Assembly: GCA_951406725.2 (NCBI GenBank)
Contig: OX597831.1
Location: forward strand, 16,368,001 to 16,432,000
DNA: 64,000 nucleotides
Origin: Octopus vulgaris
Lineage: Eukaryota
Direction: 5' to 3'
Under the pieces are notes generated by a model. The model did not search any database and was not told the origin of the DNA. It saw nothing but the letters and a program-made list of their open reading frames with translations. Positions within the stretch are counted from its first letter, which is position 1. Each line of letters opens with the position of its first letter. Shown here piece by piece: positions 27,761 to 42,269 of this stretch. Both the position numbers and the translations under genes were made by a program.

Positions 27761-29477
27761 GTGTGTTCCTTTCTGTGGATGAGCGTAGGCTCGAAACGTT
27801 AAAGACATTTTTACTTCCCGAGCGTTATACTAATACATATTTTTGATGTCAACACCACCTGTCTTCATCTTTTGTTTTTTTTTTGTGAATTCTCCGTAGT
27901 CTATTAAAATAAACAGAGTAAAATGAAAAATAAAAATAAAACAAACAGACGCGAGGTCTTAGCACACGCAAAGCATTGATATGACGCTCGGCGAAAGAAG
28001 AGAGTTTCACATTTCGAGTATTCGAGCATAGGTTTATGCCGGAAACGGGAAAACATGAAAGTCCAATGAGAAACAAATAAGGGGCAAATAACTCAGACAT
28101 TCCACGTGCAGTTACATAACGCATATGTATGTATCTATATATGTATCTATGCAGTTAGGTATGTAGGTACGTATGTATGTCCGTACGTATACATATGTAT
28201 GTGTGAGTATTTATAGATTGCTGGAAAGAAACTTATGTCGCATTACATAATGTGAAAGAGACAAATGCTTCTTCTGTCTTAACTGATAGAAAATATTTCC
28301 CAAGATAATCTCAAGCAAGAGAAATGTTTCCCGAGCGAAACAGGTCACACAAGTGTTGGCATATCCGGACACTTAACAACGAATATTTCTTGCCGTTTCT
28401 ATTCCTGTAAAGTAACTTTTGAATTCGGAAAGCATACAATATCTCACGTAGGTTTAAGTCAATATCATTTTAAAATAGCGAAATCCGTACGAATTTTACC
28501 ATTACGGCGCAAAGTAAGCAACAAGGATGGAAAAAAGCTTGAATGTAAAAATTAATGCGCATTACACTAAAGTATTGAAAAATTGCTCTTAAATTTATAA
28601 AGTTAAGTAAAGATCAGGTTTTTGGTTCCAACAGATACTCATATGAAATTAACCACAGAAACTCACTAACAAACACTCATTCATACTTACGTACATACTA
28701 GCTCCTCCTGACACGGTTGTCTAAGAAGTCATATGCTATTAAAAGGGCCTCATCCATTTCCTAGAAGAGTAGATACACGGATATTTATAAAATGTATTAT
28801 AGACTCATTTCATCCACTTTTATCCAATCTCATTCACGCATGAATGTTAAGGGAAAAACCAAATCCAAGCCAAAGACAGAAATGCTATCCGTCAATTAAG
28901 GTGAAGGCTCTCCCTTAGGGGATTTGAAGAAGCGTCACTTCTAGTCTATGGGCGTTGTGAAAATCCGGACGAAAAAATCTCGCACGAATATTTCAGAGAC
29001 AAATTTCATCATTTATGTCCCTTGCACAAATATCAGGCTCATTTCCCGCCGCAAGAGGGAAGTGTAGATATGAACTAAAGTTTAGATGAAAGCAGTCAGT
29101 TATTGGTTTATATTCAAGGGAAGGGGGCAGGCAATGTAGTTAAGCTGAGCATGTATGTGTGTGTGTTTGTGTTTATTTATAAATCTGGCATGCCAAACAT
29201 GTTCCAGAACGTAAAGCTACCTCTGGTTGAAAGTATAGATGATAAAAGCCCTATTGAAGTAAGGCTATCCCATGGAGGTTATTTTCCTAAATCCGGCCCT
29301 GAAGGGATCATCTCTCCCACCTCTATCCCATTCCCATTTCGCTTGCTTGCTAGCTGGTTGTATGTTGACGTTAGCTTTGTCTCATTTAATTATCTCCGTT
29401 TGCCACTAGCCTCTGTTGTGATATTGAATCAATTCGCTTGATCCAAGTCCATCCTTTGTTGAAACACAATTTTCCTA

Positions 29478-29836
29478 GGCGCAGGAGTGGCTGTGTGGTA
29501 AGTAGCTTGCCTACCAGCCTCATGCTTCTGGGTTCAGTCCCATTGCGTGGCACTTTAGGCATGTGTCTTCTACTATAGCCTCGGGTCGACTAAAGCATTG
29601 TGAGTGGATTTGGTAGACGGAAACTGTTTGTGAGTCTGTTTTAGTCACCCTAACATCGCTTGACATCCTATGCTGGTGTGTGTACGTCCACACAACTTAG
29701 CGGTTCGGCAAAAGGGACCGATAGAATATGTACTAGGCTTACAAAGAATAAGTCCTGGGGTCGATTTGCTCGCCTAAAGACGGTGCTCCAGCATGGCCGC
29801 AGTCAAATGACAAACAAGTAAGAGAGTGAAAGAGAG
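29478..29836 (+). mobile_element. tRNA-derived SINE (second family), near full length
   Basis: TGGCTGTGTGG / GGTTCAGTCCC pol III boxes; partial minus-strand relatives at about 3097-3262, 3410-3582, 9180-9308, 23165-23325, 57490-57650. Confidence 0.8.
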
Positions 29837-30358
29837 TAAATGATAATACCTTTCTCCTGAAACCTTATCAAAATGTTGGTCGTAGCGATATCCAACCCCT
29901 TATATCAGAAATTCCTCGAATATTCCAGCTAAAAATCGGAACGCGTTACTTCCCTACCAACCGCAGATAGTCTTCATACCAGCCGTCCATATGATTGGCT
30001 AGTATTTAGTATTCTGTAACTGATAGGTTCGAATGCTATTGGTGAAGCCAGATCGGTTGTTCAATAATACACTCACACACGAACACACACCTACACACGC
30101 ACAGACATACATATATATCCGTGACGCTCAAATATAACTTCATCGTCGCTCCAGATATTGATTCACACCACTTCACCTTGACTTCTGGAGAAAGCAAATA
30201 TGTAGGAGTGATATGCGTGCGTTCTAAAGAATAGATGAGTTTCGTTTGGAGCAGAAGATGTGTGGGCGTGTCTGTGTATGCGTGTGTGAGTGTGTCCATG
30301 TCTGTGTCTGTGTGCGTTGATGCTATACCTATCTCAATACATAATTCTTTGCTTTCAG

Positions 30359-30397
30359 TTTTATAATTTTCGGGAAAGTTCAACCACTCGATGTACG
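30359..30397 (+). CDS. Copy B exon 4 (39 nt): FYNFRESSTTRCT, Ser/Thr-rich linker
   Basis: Very strong splice sites (ttctttgctttcag| and ACG|gtaagt); phase 0 to 0 fits between exon 3 and the terminal exon. Confidence 0.65.
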
Positions 30398-30549
30398 GTA
30401 AGTAATACATTAACAACGCATTCAATATCACTGAAGCCCCAGCATGGTGTCCCTTCAATAAGATATCCTTAACACTCTTAACGTTTAATAACAACATAAA
30501 TGAAAGTACACTGAAATTACCAGTTATTTTCCTGATATTAACCCATTAT

Positions 30550-33250
30550 TATGTTACAGTAATTGTAAAACTTTAGACATTCAATTGTTCAAATCCCTAT
30601 GACACGTCCCATTCTCGCAAATAAACACTCCAAATACACTTGATCTTCTGATCATAACATATTAAATCTCAATCTAACTTATGCCACATCATAATCTTTT
30701 CTGCAATTGTGAAGTCATCTCACCATTACCTTATCATATCTGCTAACTATACAGCCACATTCATTCTCTATCATCCGTTTTCATGTTGAAATTAAACATG
30801 ATCGGGATTCCGCCCATTTTATGCCATAGCATTTAAACGTACGTCATTATTATTCCTTCAGAAGCAGCTGAAAGGAGTATTTTAACCTAGGTATATTCCT
30901 TCATTTGCATAAATTAATGAAAATCCAGTACCAACAAAAACCCCATTTGTTTACTCAAGTCGCATTATATCCCTTCGCGCGTAATTTAATTCCTACAACA
31001 TGTGCATAGTTTCAAACATTCCCTCAAATTTGCTGGGTTCACCCCACAGCTATTTCCTGTAAGACCGCTAGCTTACAACAAAAGGTACATTTGTATATCA
31101 CACTGCTCTGCAAGATTTTCGAGTCACAAGCTTTAGACTACACCCTTGGTCCCTTGTCCCAAAATGTCACCATCACCTGTGCGGTATCATCTTCTAATCC
31201 ACTTTAAAGTAATTAATATCCCATGGCGTAAGTTTCCATCAGCGCTTACCGATCGATGGAACTCCTCACGACATATATTTCGTCAAAGCCCAACAAAGTT
31301 CCCCCTTCTACCGTAGGCCTCTTCTGGTTTCATGCATATGCCTAATTGCTGAAACAATCTATCTGTTTGAAGGATATGGTACATTGTTCCTTACATTTCA
31401 CTTTGTTACACAATATAATCACAGAACCTACAACACGTTATAATACTAGAACAGGTTATAATACTCAGCTAATTATTTAGCCTCTCGTTCTATACTTGGA
31501 TATGCTGTAAACTATGGATACTCCCCCCAGTATGTCCTATTTCAAAGGAAGGTAAGAACTCTGATTCACCAAACTATCGTTCCATTTCTCTCATTTCTAG
31601 CATCTTTCAGGTTATGGAAATATTAGAGACGGCTTTCTTCATGAGGCTGTATCTTTGTTTCTTTATTCAGTAATCTACAATATGGCTTTCCTGAAGGCAC
31701 TTTCTCTAAAATCCAGCACATATGTTCTAGTAACCAGTGGATACAAAATTCAAACATTTTCGGCAATTGCCATATGCAAATGACACAAGCCTTCATTCTT
31801 TCTAAAGTGACTTGACTGTGTTTCGTGTACACCCAAAACTAGACACCTGAAGCCAAATGATGATGAATTCCTTTGAACGTCCAAATAATGGAAAAAGAGA
31901 ATCGCACCACACATCAAGGAAACAGCACCCAACGGCATTACTTTTAAATATGATATTGAAGTAGAACTCTCATAATTTCTGTAAATGCTACTCCGAACAA
32001 TCAGAGTAGATCACTCCTGCAAGAACATGTATGTTTCTTTACGACCAGAAGATTTTTAATCGTCTAAAAACTGCTGCCAGAGTTCAAAGCTCCAGTAAAG
32101 TAAACCAGAATATACTTCTTCCACATCTAGAAACGGTTCTATAACCGAACACGCTGGCAAACTCGACCATAACCAATGAAGGCAACAAATCTCGGCTGAT
32201 CGCCACTACATCACAAATGCTGGTCACACACCATTGTGTAACTTATTTTTTTTTTTATTGTTTCTGTCGCTACTACATTTGTTCTCGTTCTTCACAACTG
32301 TTTTATTGCGTAATTCTACTACAGATGTACCCCTGTCCCACCGGAAGCTCCACCTCTCAGTATTTTGGCATGATGAACCATTCTAATCATTCACCAAAGA
32401 ATATTCTCTATCGTTCATCTCTAGCACATTTTCCCCCTGGAATCGCTTCACTGTTCTAATCATTCCTACTTTTCATCTACCACAGCTGAATAAGGAAATA
32501 CACTTGTTACTTCATACACATTCGTAGGATTTTCAAATTTCATGACATCAGTCTCTTCCTCCAGATTTGTAACGTAAGCTCTATACTAACGTGCTAAATA
32601 AATGTCGTAATTACCATGCCCCCGGCAGCGTTACACAATACAATATGAATGGAATATCGTTCTTCCATTATTGCTGGAATGTTCGTGGAGAAGTGTCAGT
32701 AAAACTCCGCTACCATAAACAGCCTTCAATTAAATTCCTGGCTTGATATCCAGTCACAACAACTGAGATTCTTGACATTGCTACATAATTCCGGCCCCCA
32801 GGTTTCCTGCAGGTTGGTTCACCGGGAACTATATGTGTTGCGATCCTTTCCGGCATCATTCTAACCATTGAATCCCATGATTTTTTATTTCGACATAAAG
32901 GTACGTAAATATCTCTACATACCGCTGTGAAGTTCTACTTGCGTGCATAATGCAATTTTGAAGGTTTTCTAGATAGAAACAAAGTCTCATCCTTTGCTAC
33001 AGTTATTCTCGTTCGAAAGTTGCCTTGCAGAACTCGGCTGCAAACCCATTCACTGCATGCTAGATATCACTTTCTGATAAGACACGTAGCACCACGACAT
33101 CTGCAAACACAAACCGGCTGATTCTACCCTTAAAGATTGTGGTACCACTTCCAGAACGGCTACGCGTGTCAGTCTAAGTTATAAAAGTATGAGAAGTAGC
33201 GGTGGCAATACGGACAGCTGCCGACATTCATCACGCATACTGAAAACAAA
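30550..33250 (-). mobile_element. Highly decayed LTR retrotransposon (Gypsy-like) internal region
   Basis: Microsatellite-free 2.7-kb block with broken pol-like peptides such as YLKVMPLG (cf. RT VMPFG); many stops; boundaries approximate. Confidence 0.45.
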
Positions 33251-33678
33251 ACAATTGTGGTGCCACATAAATTTTGCGGAATCTCGTCGTTAATCATCTC
33301 ATCAATGTCTACGCACGGTATATGGAAAAGAGACGAGAGGAATTGGCAAGCGCAAGTGATCTAAAAAATGGGGTGGCATTAATGTAAAATTATACGAGTT
33401 TCAAGAGAACCTATGCATTGACACAATTATAGAAAATCATTCTGATTTGTTTATAAATTAAGCGTGGAACAATTTCGCTTATTCTCATAGCATTGATGTA
33501 AAAAACACTGTAATAACAATTTAAAGCTGCCATAGACGAAGCTGCATCACTCTTTTATACTTGATAGAAAATCATACTCATTGTGTCTTCTTATGACACT
33601 AACAAGTCGTACTGAATGTTACATTAATTGTTCATCAACAAAGATTTTTGTGTAATGAGTGCTTTGTTTTCTTTACAG

Positions 33679-33738
33679 GTTGGGATGACATTACCATTGA
33701 CGATGGCGGTTATTAGCAAATCAGTCAAATATGCTTAA
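33679..33738 (+). CDS. Copy B terminal exon: VGMTLPLTMAVISKSVKYA*
   Basis: ttttctttacag|GT; 19 aa + TAA followed at once by AATAAA (33739-33744); homologous to 13784. Confidence 0.7.
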   Translation, partial: VGMTLPLTMAVISKSVKYA

Positions 33739-34780
33739 AATAAAGATTACATTACAATATGGCTGCTATTTCCAGTGTCTGTTATGTTTTGATGTTATCA
33801 TTGTTCCGTAAGGATATCTTCATGTACCTGGAGTTTGAAATTCTAAAGGGAACAGCTAGAACTCTTAAATTCCACTCATTAATACATGTCAAACAATATT
33901 GTGATGTAGGTATTTGTTATAATATTCTGTATAAGTTGATTTATATTGCAGTTATAGATTTGCATCTATACACACACGTACATGTATACATGTGAGTGTA
34001 TATATACACAAATTATCAATCTTGCAACATTACGTAGTTTTCATGAAACTAATATATACTTGTGCATGTATGTTTGTGTATGTATGTGTATTTGCGTGTG
34101 TATTGTGTACTGTTCCGGGATGGTAAGATCCGAAAAAAGCATTCCGTCTGGTGAGGAGAAGCCTGACTAATCAGATAACTTTGATAAGTCCAAACGCACG
34201 AAACTCTCAGACTTTGAGTTACTTCTGTTAAGTATCAATAAAAATATATATATACAGACAGTCTGAGTTTTAATTTTTCCTCTTTGCACCAACATAGCTT
34301 GTATCACTCTGATTTCCACTACTACTCCTCTCTCCTCCTACTACCACCTGACCGGTATCGAACAAAAGCATTTCACCAAGCCGGTCACGTCTGCCCTTTT
34401 TACTGACCTGTCTTTTGGTGCATTTTTCTTTTCTCCTTTGTGTTACATAGCCTCGTTTGACGCTGGAAAGGCATTTTTCAGTTGTACCTGTATTATTACT
34501 AATATTTCTCTATCGTGTATCGTTTTAGTTTGACTTGATTGATTTTGTCCTTGCATACGTTCATGAGCTATTCCCCGAAGCTTTATGCTCTGGCGCTGCC
34601 AAGATGAAATGGTAATAATGTTTAAAGTGCGAAACCAATATTATCTTTTGAACATCTATCAATCTATCTATCTACCTATCTGTCTGTCAGTCTTTCTGTC
34701 TGTGTGTCTGTCTGCTTGTCTATCTACCTGTCAGCATGTCAGTAGTCTATCTGTCTACCTATCTTTCTGGATAGACAGAC

Positions 34781-34853
<73 letters not shown>

Positions 34854-34897
34854 TATAGATACATATATAGATAGATAGATATATAGACAGATAGATG

Positions 34898-34940
<43 letters not shown>

Positions 34941-35474
34941 GGATCGATAGATGGATCAGCTCTCAATCCTCTACACGTATAATTACTATGGTTTCTGATG
35001 TCCAACAGCAAGGACCACACACAATCGTAAATAAAGTGTATAAAACATTCCCAAAACGTAGCAGAAGGAGACACGTGTTGTACACACGATATCCCCACTC
35101 CAAAGTATGCCATATCCCCGACACATCTCACTTCTGCGTACATAATCATTCAAAAAAGTATTTCATAAAAGCTATTCAGAAAAGAATTTAAAAAGTAAAT
35201 TGGACAAATGATATTAGCAAATATACGTCCGAATTCAAATAAGAGCAAAGTATCTTATTTATTAATAATAAACGAATTATAGAAATGGTAGAGTCGATTC
35301 TTGGCTCAGATAATCGGACATAAAATAGATGCGAATATCAGTAAAAAAATATTATGAGGTTTGAAAAGAAAAGGGAAATAAAAGAAAAGAATAAGATGTA
35401 GGGAGACAGAAATATAATTCTTGTTAATTGTAGCAGCCCTAGGGAAAAGGCAGCAGCTGCAGGCTGAGACTATA

Positions 35475-35525
<51 letters not shown>

Positions 35526-35528
35526 GAC

Positions 35529-35560
<32 letters not shown>

Positions 35561-36038
35561 AGAAGAGGAAGAAGAAGAAGCAGAAGAAGAAGAAGAAGAA
35601 GAAGAAGAAGAAGAAGAACAAGAAGAAGAAGAAGAAGAAGAAGAAGAAGAAGAAGAAGAAGAAGAAGAAGAAAAAGAAGAGGAAGAGATAAAGATTGTGA
35701 ACACACACACACATATATATAAATCAAAGATATTTCAACTTAATCTGATTTTCACGTTTTATTATTTACAAATTCTTAAAATTTACAATACTGAAATATA
35801 CTAGTACAAACACACAGTCCGGTACAGACACACGCTTATTCACACACACGCCCTCGCGAACCTATATATGTATACACACACACTTATATCCTCATATATA
35901 TATATGTGTGTGTGTGTGTGCATGTGTGTGTGTGTGTATTCGTATTCATAAAATTTCAATATATTTGAAAATTTAGTAGCTGAAGACTCCCCATTTTAGT
36001 AAATATGTGAAATAGTGTGACAGGTCTTTAAATAAATC

Positions 36039-36128
<90 letters not shown>

Positions 36129-36213
36129 GTAGTGATCGTGCACATCTGCTACGAAGTATGTTATCTCGATTTCATAAGTCGGGTACACAAGGTGATAAGA
36201 TTTATTATCAGAA

Positions 36214-36250
36214 ATGAAAGCTGTTATCATCTTTTCGTTGTTTGTTTTCA
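36214..36250 (+). CDS. Copy C signal-peptide exon: MKAVIIFSLFVF(S)
   Basis: ATG + 12 codons + 1 nt, donor |gtaagt; classic MK + hydrophobic core. Confidence 0.82.
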
Positions 36251-36368
36251 GTAAGTCTGTACTTTGTAATACCCTCTATATTCACGTTCATATATTTAGT
36301 ACGTTGTGATGAAATATTCAGTCAATCACTCACTCTATCTCTTTCTCTCTTTATGTATCTACATAACT

Positions 36369-36428
<60 letters not shown>

Positions 36429-37928
36429 CCCAGGAAAGCATTCCTTCCAGCTGTTTCATGACACAAAATCTGTGTCTGATATATCGTGAGTAAGGGAACG
36501 AAACATATCCCTCTAGTTTTGCAAGACCAGAAGACCGTGATTTCTGGGTCTTTACCCGTCACCAATACTGGATAGCTATCTGCGGGGAAACTACCACCGC
36601 GAATTTTATTCCCCCCTCTGTTTCTTTGCTGCCGTTCGTCTTTCATTTATATTGCACGGCCATACACATAAGTGTTTGAAGCATAGGGTCTCTTGGAAAA
36701 CATCCACTCTCGAGCACCTGTAATTACATTCATATGTTACATAAGACAATCTATCCATGACAAAGTACTCCACGGCCATGAAGCATTTCTCAAATATCCA
36801 TATAAGATCAGGAAATCTTTGACAAGCACTGTCACATACGCAACCTAAACCGCATTTCCCGCATAGTCTGTAATTTGAAATGTGGAATTGTCACTATTTA
36901 AGCTTCTCTATATAAATGTCTTAATTTGCTGTTCCTTATTGTCATTTTTCATGAATTTATTTATCGGTTTCTGAAATCAGTGTAAACCCTTATATGTGAC
37001 TCATCTACTTATTTTTTGTATTACTTTCAATGTTTTTACTTTCGATATTCTGTATAAGTAATTCGATTACTTATATGAGGTGGGATGCTCATTATGTATT
37101 AGTTCATTAGAAAGAGACACAACACACCCAGAGCTAATAAAACAAATTGTTATACAAAAATACGAAGCAACGAATAATAACGAGCTAGATTATGAAAAGG
37201 CATCTGAGAAGACATACCTGCATCTGTGACGCAATCACATTTGCTTGTACACCATATCTCACCAGCTGGGAACCGGTGCAGGATGAGTCGAAACGACTGT
37301 AGTAAAAAAAGGGTCTTCCGACGAAATGCTTTCTCTTATATTTTTATAAGCTCTACGGACGCAGAGAAGTTCCTCAAGAAAATAGATTAGAAAATCCCTC
37401 CCCAGTGTACATGACACCATCTACAGGTATCGGTATACTATGAGCGGGCTTTAAGCGGCAAAATACAAAATATATACTCGAATGCAAAATTATATATATA
37501 TATATATGCATAAGTGTGTGCGCGTGTGTGTGTCTGTTTGTCTGAGGTGCGCTAAAATGAGGAAAATGCCATAAATGTCGAAATTAGAGGTGACGATATA
37601 CAATGTGATGTCTAATTATTTATAAGCATTGCAAAATTGTCTATAAATTAAACTGAAACCTGAAAGCAGAATATAGAAAGACATCACATACAGTGACATT
37701 TCCACAGACACTAACAAACAGACACTCACACATTCACACGGACACAATTGTGGTAGATTTACGCATTTAATGGTTTGGTCATTATAACAATTTCTACTTT
37801 ATCTCCTGATAGTTTGAATCCGGTTTTCTATTTTTAAATTAAAATTTTATTTTATAGGAGAAACGGAAAGATAAATGTCTGTGTTTCAAGTGTCTTTGGT
37901 TTCATTAACAGTAACTTTTGCATTTTAG

Positions 37929-38028
37929 GCGTTGAGATGCATAACGTTTGTCCTGATTTGGCAAGAAGACACTGTAACTTTCCTGAGTACAATTTTAATA
38001 ATTATGCTTGGGACCCACATTTCTGCAG
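37929..38028 (+). CDS. Copy C exon 2 (100 nt): (S)VEMHNVCPDLARRHCNFPEYNFNNYAWDPHFC(R)
   Basis: ttttag|GC...TGCAG|gtatat; conserved length, phase and motif. Confidence 0.9.
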
Positions 38029-38149
38029 GTATATATATCTGCTCTAATATTTTCCGTAGGTCATGAAATATCTAAAAGTTTACTAACTTGCTTATTACTT
38101 TTTCTTTGATCACCTGAGTTACTCTCTTTCTTCTTCTCTGTTTGTATAT

Positions 38150-38202
<53 letters not shown>

Positions 38203-38833
38203 AGAGCTACAACGCCGTAAAGTTGTAGTTAATACGCGTAAGGGAAAACATATATACTAACATGGACTTGAATAATCTGAAAAGTGCTGAATGAGAATTC
38301 TTACTGCTTACGTCAGTTTCGACAATTTCCATTGCCTCATTAGTTATTCACAAGTGGTAAAATGTTCCGTAAGTGTGGTTGAAACCATTTCATATTCTTC
38401 CCCGCCTTTTTAATAAGAACAATAAACATGTGTGTACGAAGTGACCGTCTTCTTCAAACTCAGCGGCCTCACAATCTCTCATATGCTCTAGAAACTTGTT
38501 CGCATTAATTAGAACACTCTGCTTTCAGTTGGCTGTAGTATTCTCTGCATCAAGCGATGTATTATTGACATATCTTATGTCGTTTATTAATGTTCTGCGC
38601 CAATGAGCATTTGATCATTCTGTTCTTTTCTTTTTCCCTTCCAAATGTGTTGAATCTGATATATGTCTTAGAAAGGCGTTGCTGTTCTAACCAGTGTATG
38701 TGATCTACTATATTTCATCTTCCTTCTAAGTAGAATTTTTTTCATCAAAGAAGTTAAATTCCTTTTCATTGTAACTTATTTACCTGCATAGTTTTGCAAA
38801 GTTAAGAATTCTCGATTAACTACGCTTTTACAG

Positions 38834-38921
38834 GAACTTCAGAGCGAAAGCACCATGTCTTATAGGATTGACGAAAACTTGTGATGCATATTTTAATAGA
38901 TATAAGAACCGTAAATGTTCG
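38834..38921 (+). CDS. Copy C exon 3 (88 nt): (R)NFRAKAPCLIGLTKTCDAYFNRYKNRKCS
   Basis: ttttacag|G...TCG|gtaaga; conserved motif. Confidence 0.9.
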
Positions 38922-39129
38922 GTAAGATATTCCAGTTTATTTACAGTGTGATAATTAAATTTACTTAGCTTCTTTATGTTGTCCGTTCATTGCACTCATT
39001 TTAATAGAGGGTACTTAAGGCATAGCTTGCATATATTCCAATGGTTAACACACTGGGTTTGCTTTATAATATTATAATTGTTTCTATAATATTTTATACA
39101 ATAAAAACGAGGTTCTAATATTTCCTTAC

Positions 39130-39660
39130 AGTAAATGCATTCTAGATTCATAATTCCATTTAAAATCTTTTCTATTTAGTAACTGAGAAATGCTGGTGCA
39201 TATAACAAGAGTATGGCTACGAGAAGTAGAGTGTGAAATGACTTTGAACACCATGTGTAGGTTTGCCGAGTAACGCTTATGGGTGTGGCACTTCAAGTTA
39301 TTAGCAATGACCCATGCACCTTGACCAGCATAGAGATCTCCGGTGGCTTGCGCCTTCTGATTTTGTGTTAGTCTTGGCATGCTTACTGCTTCGTGAAACG
39401 AATAACAAGTAAGTAAATGTGGATGCCTTTATACCCAATTTTGCACGATCATGTTGCTTTTCATAAAGATGCGTTCACGAGCATTACCATACTCAAGAAA
39501 CATGATCGAGTTCGAACCCAAATGCAATGCTTGTATTTTCAAAAGATAGTCATGTTATGGGTTTGCGACATCTTCCTCATTTCAAATTAACTAGAAATGT
39601 GATAAAATATATTTAATCTCAATATCACGTGTGCAACTAATAATATTTACAGTGCGACGA
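39130..39660 (-). mobile_element. Tc1-like transposon 5' relic
   Basis: MPRLTQNQKAQATGDLYAGQGAWVIANNLKC resembles the N-terminal HTH of Tc1-type transposases. Confidence 0.45.
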
Positions 39661-40324
39661 GTCATTTGTAGATCAGTATATGTGTGTGTTTGTGTATGTG
39701 TGTGTATGTGTGTGTGCGTATGTTTCTATGTATATTTATAGTATATATTTATATATCTTGATATCATGTATAATACATATTTATACTTTTAGGGACGTCG
39801 TTTCGTATGGTAAAATGAAAGGCAAGATTTATGCTTTATATATTAAATATTTCATATCATATAATAGGAATTAATGATGAATACTAACATGCCATGAGTA
39901 GTAGATATGATAGATTAGGTATGTATGAACATATGTATCGCCCACTGCATACGTGTGGGTGTATGTCTGTGCGTATGTATGTATATATACCAGCACACCA
40001 TACACATGAATCTTTGTGAAACTTCGTCGTTTCTGTGCATTAGTTTAAATGTGTATTATACCATAGGCAATATCATTTATGCATGTGGACGCGTGTGGCA
40101 TAGTGGTAACGGGTGATGGACACATGGTCGTTAGATTGTGGTTTCGATTCCTGGGCCGAGCGACGCGTTGTGCTCTTAATCAAAACTCTTTATTTCGTTT
40201 CGCTCCAGTCCACTTGGAGAATATACACACCATTGAAACCAAGATATAGGCCCTTATGAGCCTGGCAGAGCACGAGAAGTAAACGTTTCAATTTTATTAC
40301 TTATGCATATGAATATATCTACAG

Positions 40325-40390
<66 letters not shown>

Positions 40391-41420
40391 GTATGTATGA
40401 ATGTGTGTGCCTGTTTATGTGTCTCTGTAAGTATGTCTACTGTTACATACACTTACAAAGTCACATATACACATGCATGTATGGTCACTTGACCATTTAA
40501 GAGGACTCTAGCAACAGCCAACTACTATCATACCACTCCCGTATTTTTCCTATTCTTTCTCTTCTTTTCGTACTCTTTCTCCTCTTCTTCTTCTTCTTTC
40601 TTCTTTTTTCTTCTTCTTCTTCTTCTTCTTCTTCTTCTTTTTCTTCTACTTATTTCTTCTTCTTCTTCTTTCTTCTCCTTCTTCTTCTACGCCTGCTCCC
40701 CCGGCTACTACTGCTTAAACAATCAAAACCAAGAGCCCATAACAAATGTTCTTTTAGGACTACTATTACCTGCTACCTACTACCAAGCCGTCGCAAGAGT
40801 AAAAATAAAAGTGAAAGAGAGTGAGAGAGACAGAGACAGATAAATAGGAAAATGTCCCTTGTATTTAGAAAGTAAATATAATGAACTTCTCGTTTCACAT
40901 ATACATTTGTATTTATTCAGCCAAAGACCCAAAATTCAAGAATTTCTCCAAAGGAATATTCAATACATCAAATATAGCAAATATATATAAATATATTTAA
41001 AAAATATAGAATAATCAATACATATAAAAATATATGGATACATATATAGGTCGATTTACAGAGTATACAAAAATCATAAAAAGAATTAAAAGTTTATAAA
41101 ATGAGATTTTCAGGTATTACAAATCCAGTTAATAATTCTCCAGAAAGTACAATATTACGATTCTCATCAGCAAATGCATCGTGCACAATGCTGAATTAAT
41201 GACACGAAATAATTTTCCATGTTTCTTTTTTTTTGTTTTTACCGCATGGTAAACAGAAAATCGGCCACGTGGTGAACGGGGCATGTGTGCGTATGATAAC
41301 TATATGTATGCATGTATGTATGTATTTATGTATGTATGTATGTATGTATGTATGTGTGTGTATATATGTGTGTGTATGTATGTATGCATGAATGTATGTA
41401 TATGAATGTATAAATACATA

Positions 41421-42269
41421 TACCTTAACTGATCAATAAGTATCCGGACGTTTGCTATAATAAGGAAGCTAAATTACTTTGAGTGAAGCCGCTTCGCACC
41501 GATTGACCTTGAAAACTGTTGCGCATGTGTATTAAGTTTTGAGGATACAGCCCAATTCTGCTGTTTACAGCAGTGTTTGTAGTGAAGGTTTATACCGAGT
41601 GATCGTTGGATTACCAATGGCAGAAAAAGCTGAGCAGAGAATCTGCATCAAACTTTGCCAATTGCTTTGCAAAATACTCAGAGTCTTACGCAAAGTTTTC
41701 AAAGAGTTTCTGTCGTTCTCGTCACAATCAAGGAAATCTTGAAACCCGAACGTCTTTTTCGTCAACTGAAAGCAGTTTTAGCACAGACGTAGCAGACACC
41801 CAGTGATAGTGGACTGCACTGAACCACAACTCATCTGCACATCCTCTGATAACTACCGGATGCTGATGTGACGATTTCTTTTCTTAGCTGCATGCACTTC
41901 TCTGATATTTTTCTCAGTTCTCGTTGTTGCGGTTCTGCCAGAACATTCGTGAATATCAACATCTTTTTTCTATCTAGGAAACATCTGTATCACTCGTACA
42001 CTTGTGTACGGCTCATATACTCCCCTTCAAATACTTTCTGCAACTTTGCATAGGCCTCTGACCAGGTATCGCCATAACAACATTCTCTGTCAATGTTCAA
42101 TGCAACAATCCTATGCTACACACCTTCCTTCACAGTAGATGTCAGTTAGAGCGTCAAAACCTAGTGTGCATGCGCAGTCGATTTCAAGTGCAATCTTTGC
42201 CAAGCGGTTTTAATCTGCATGCTCAGTTATTATAACAATAGCCCTGATACTTATTGACGAAACCGCGTA
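41421..42269. mobile_element. Non-autonomous mariner-type element with TIRs
   Basis: Imperfect TIRs (tcaataagtatccggac...ttgctataataa / ttattataacaa...ctgatacttattga); MAEKAEQRICIKLC matches the mariner N-terminal EQR..IKFC motif. Confidence 0.7.

Noticed and set aside
33759-33807. MAAISSVCYVLMLSLF followed by C|gtaagg as the signal exon of copy C
   Set aside because: 36214-36250 matches the 37-nt family pattern exactly, and this stretch lies just past the stop and AATAAA of copy B. An alternative first exon is not excluded.
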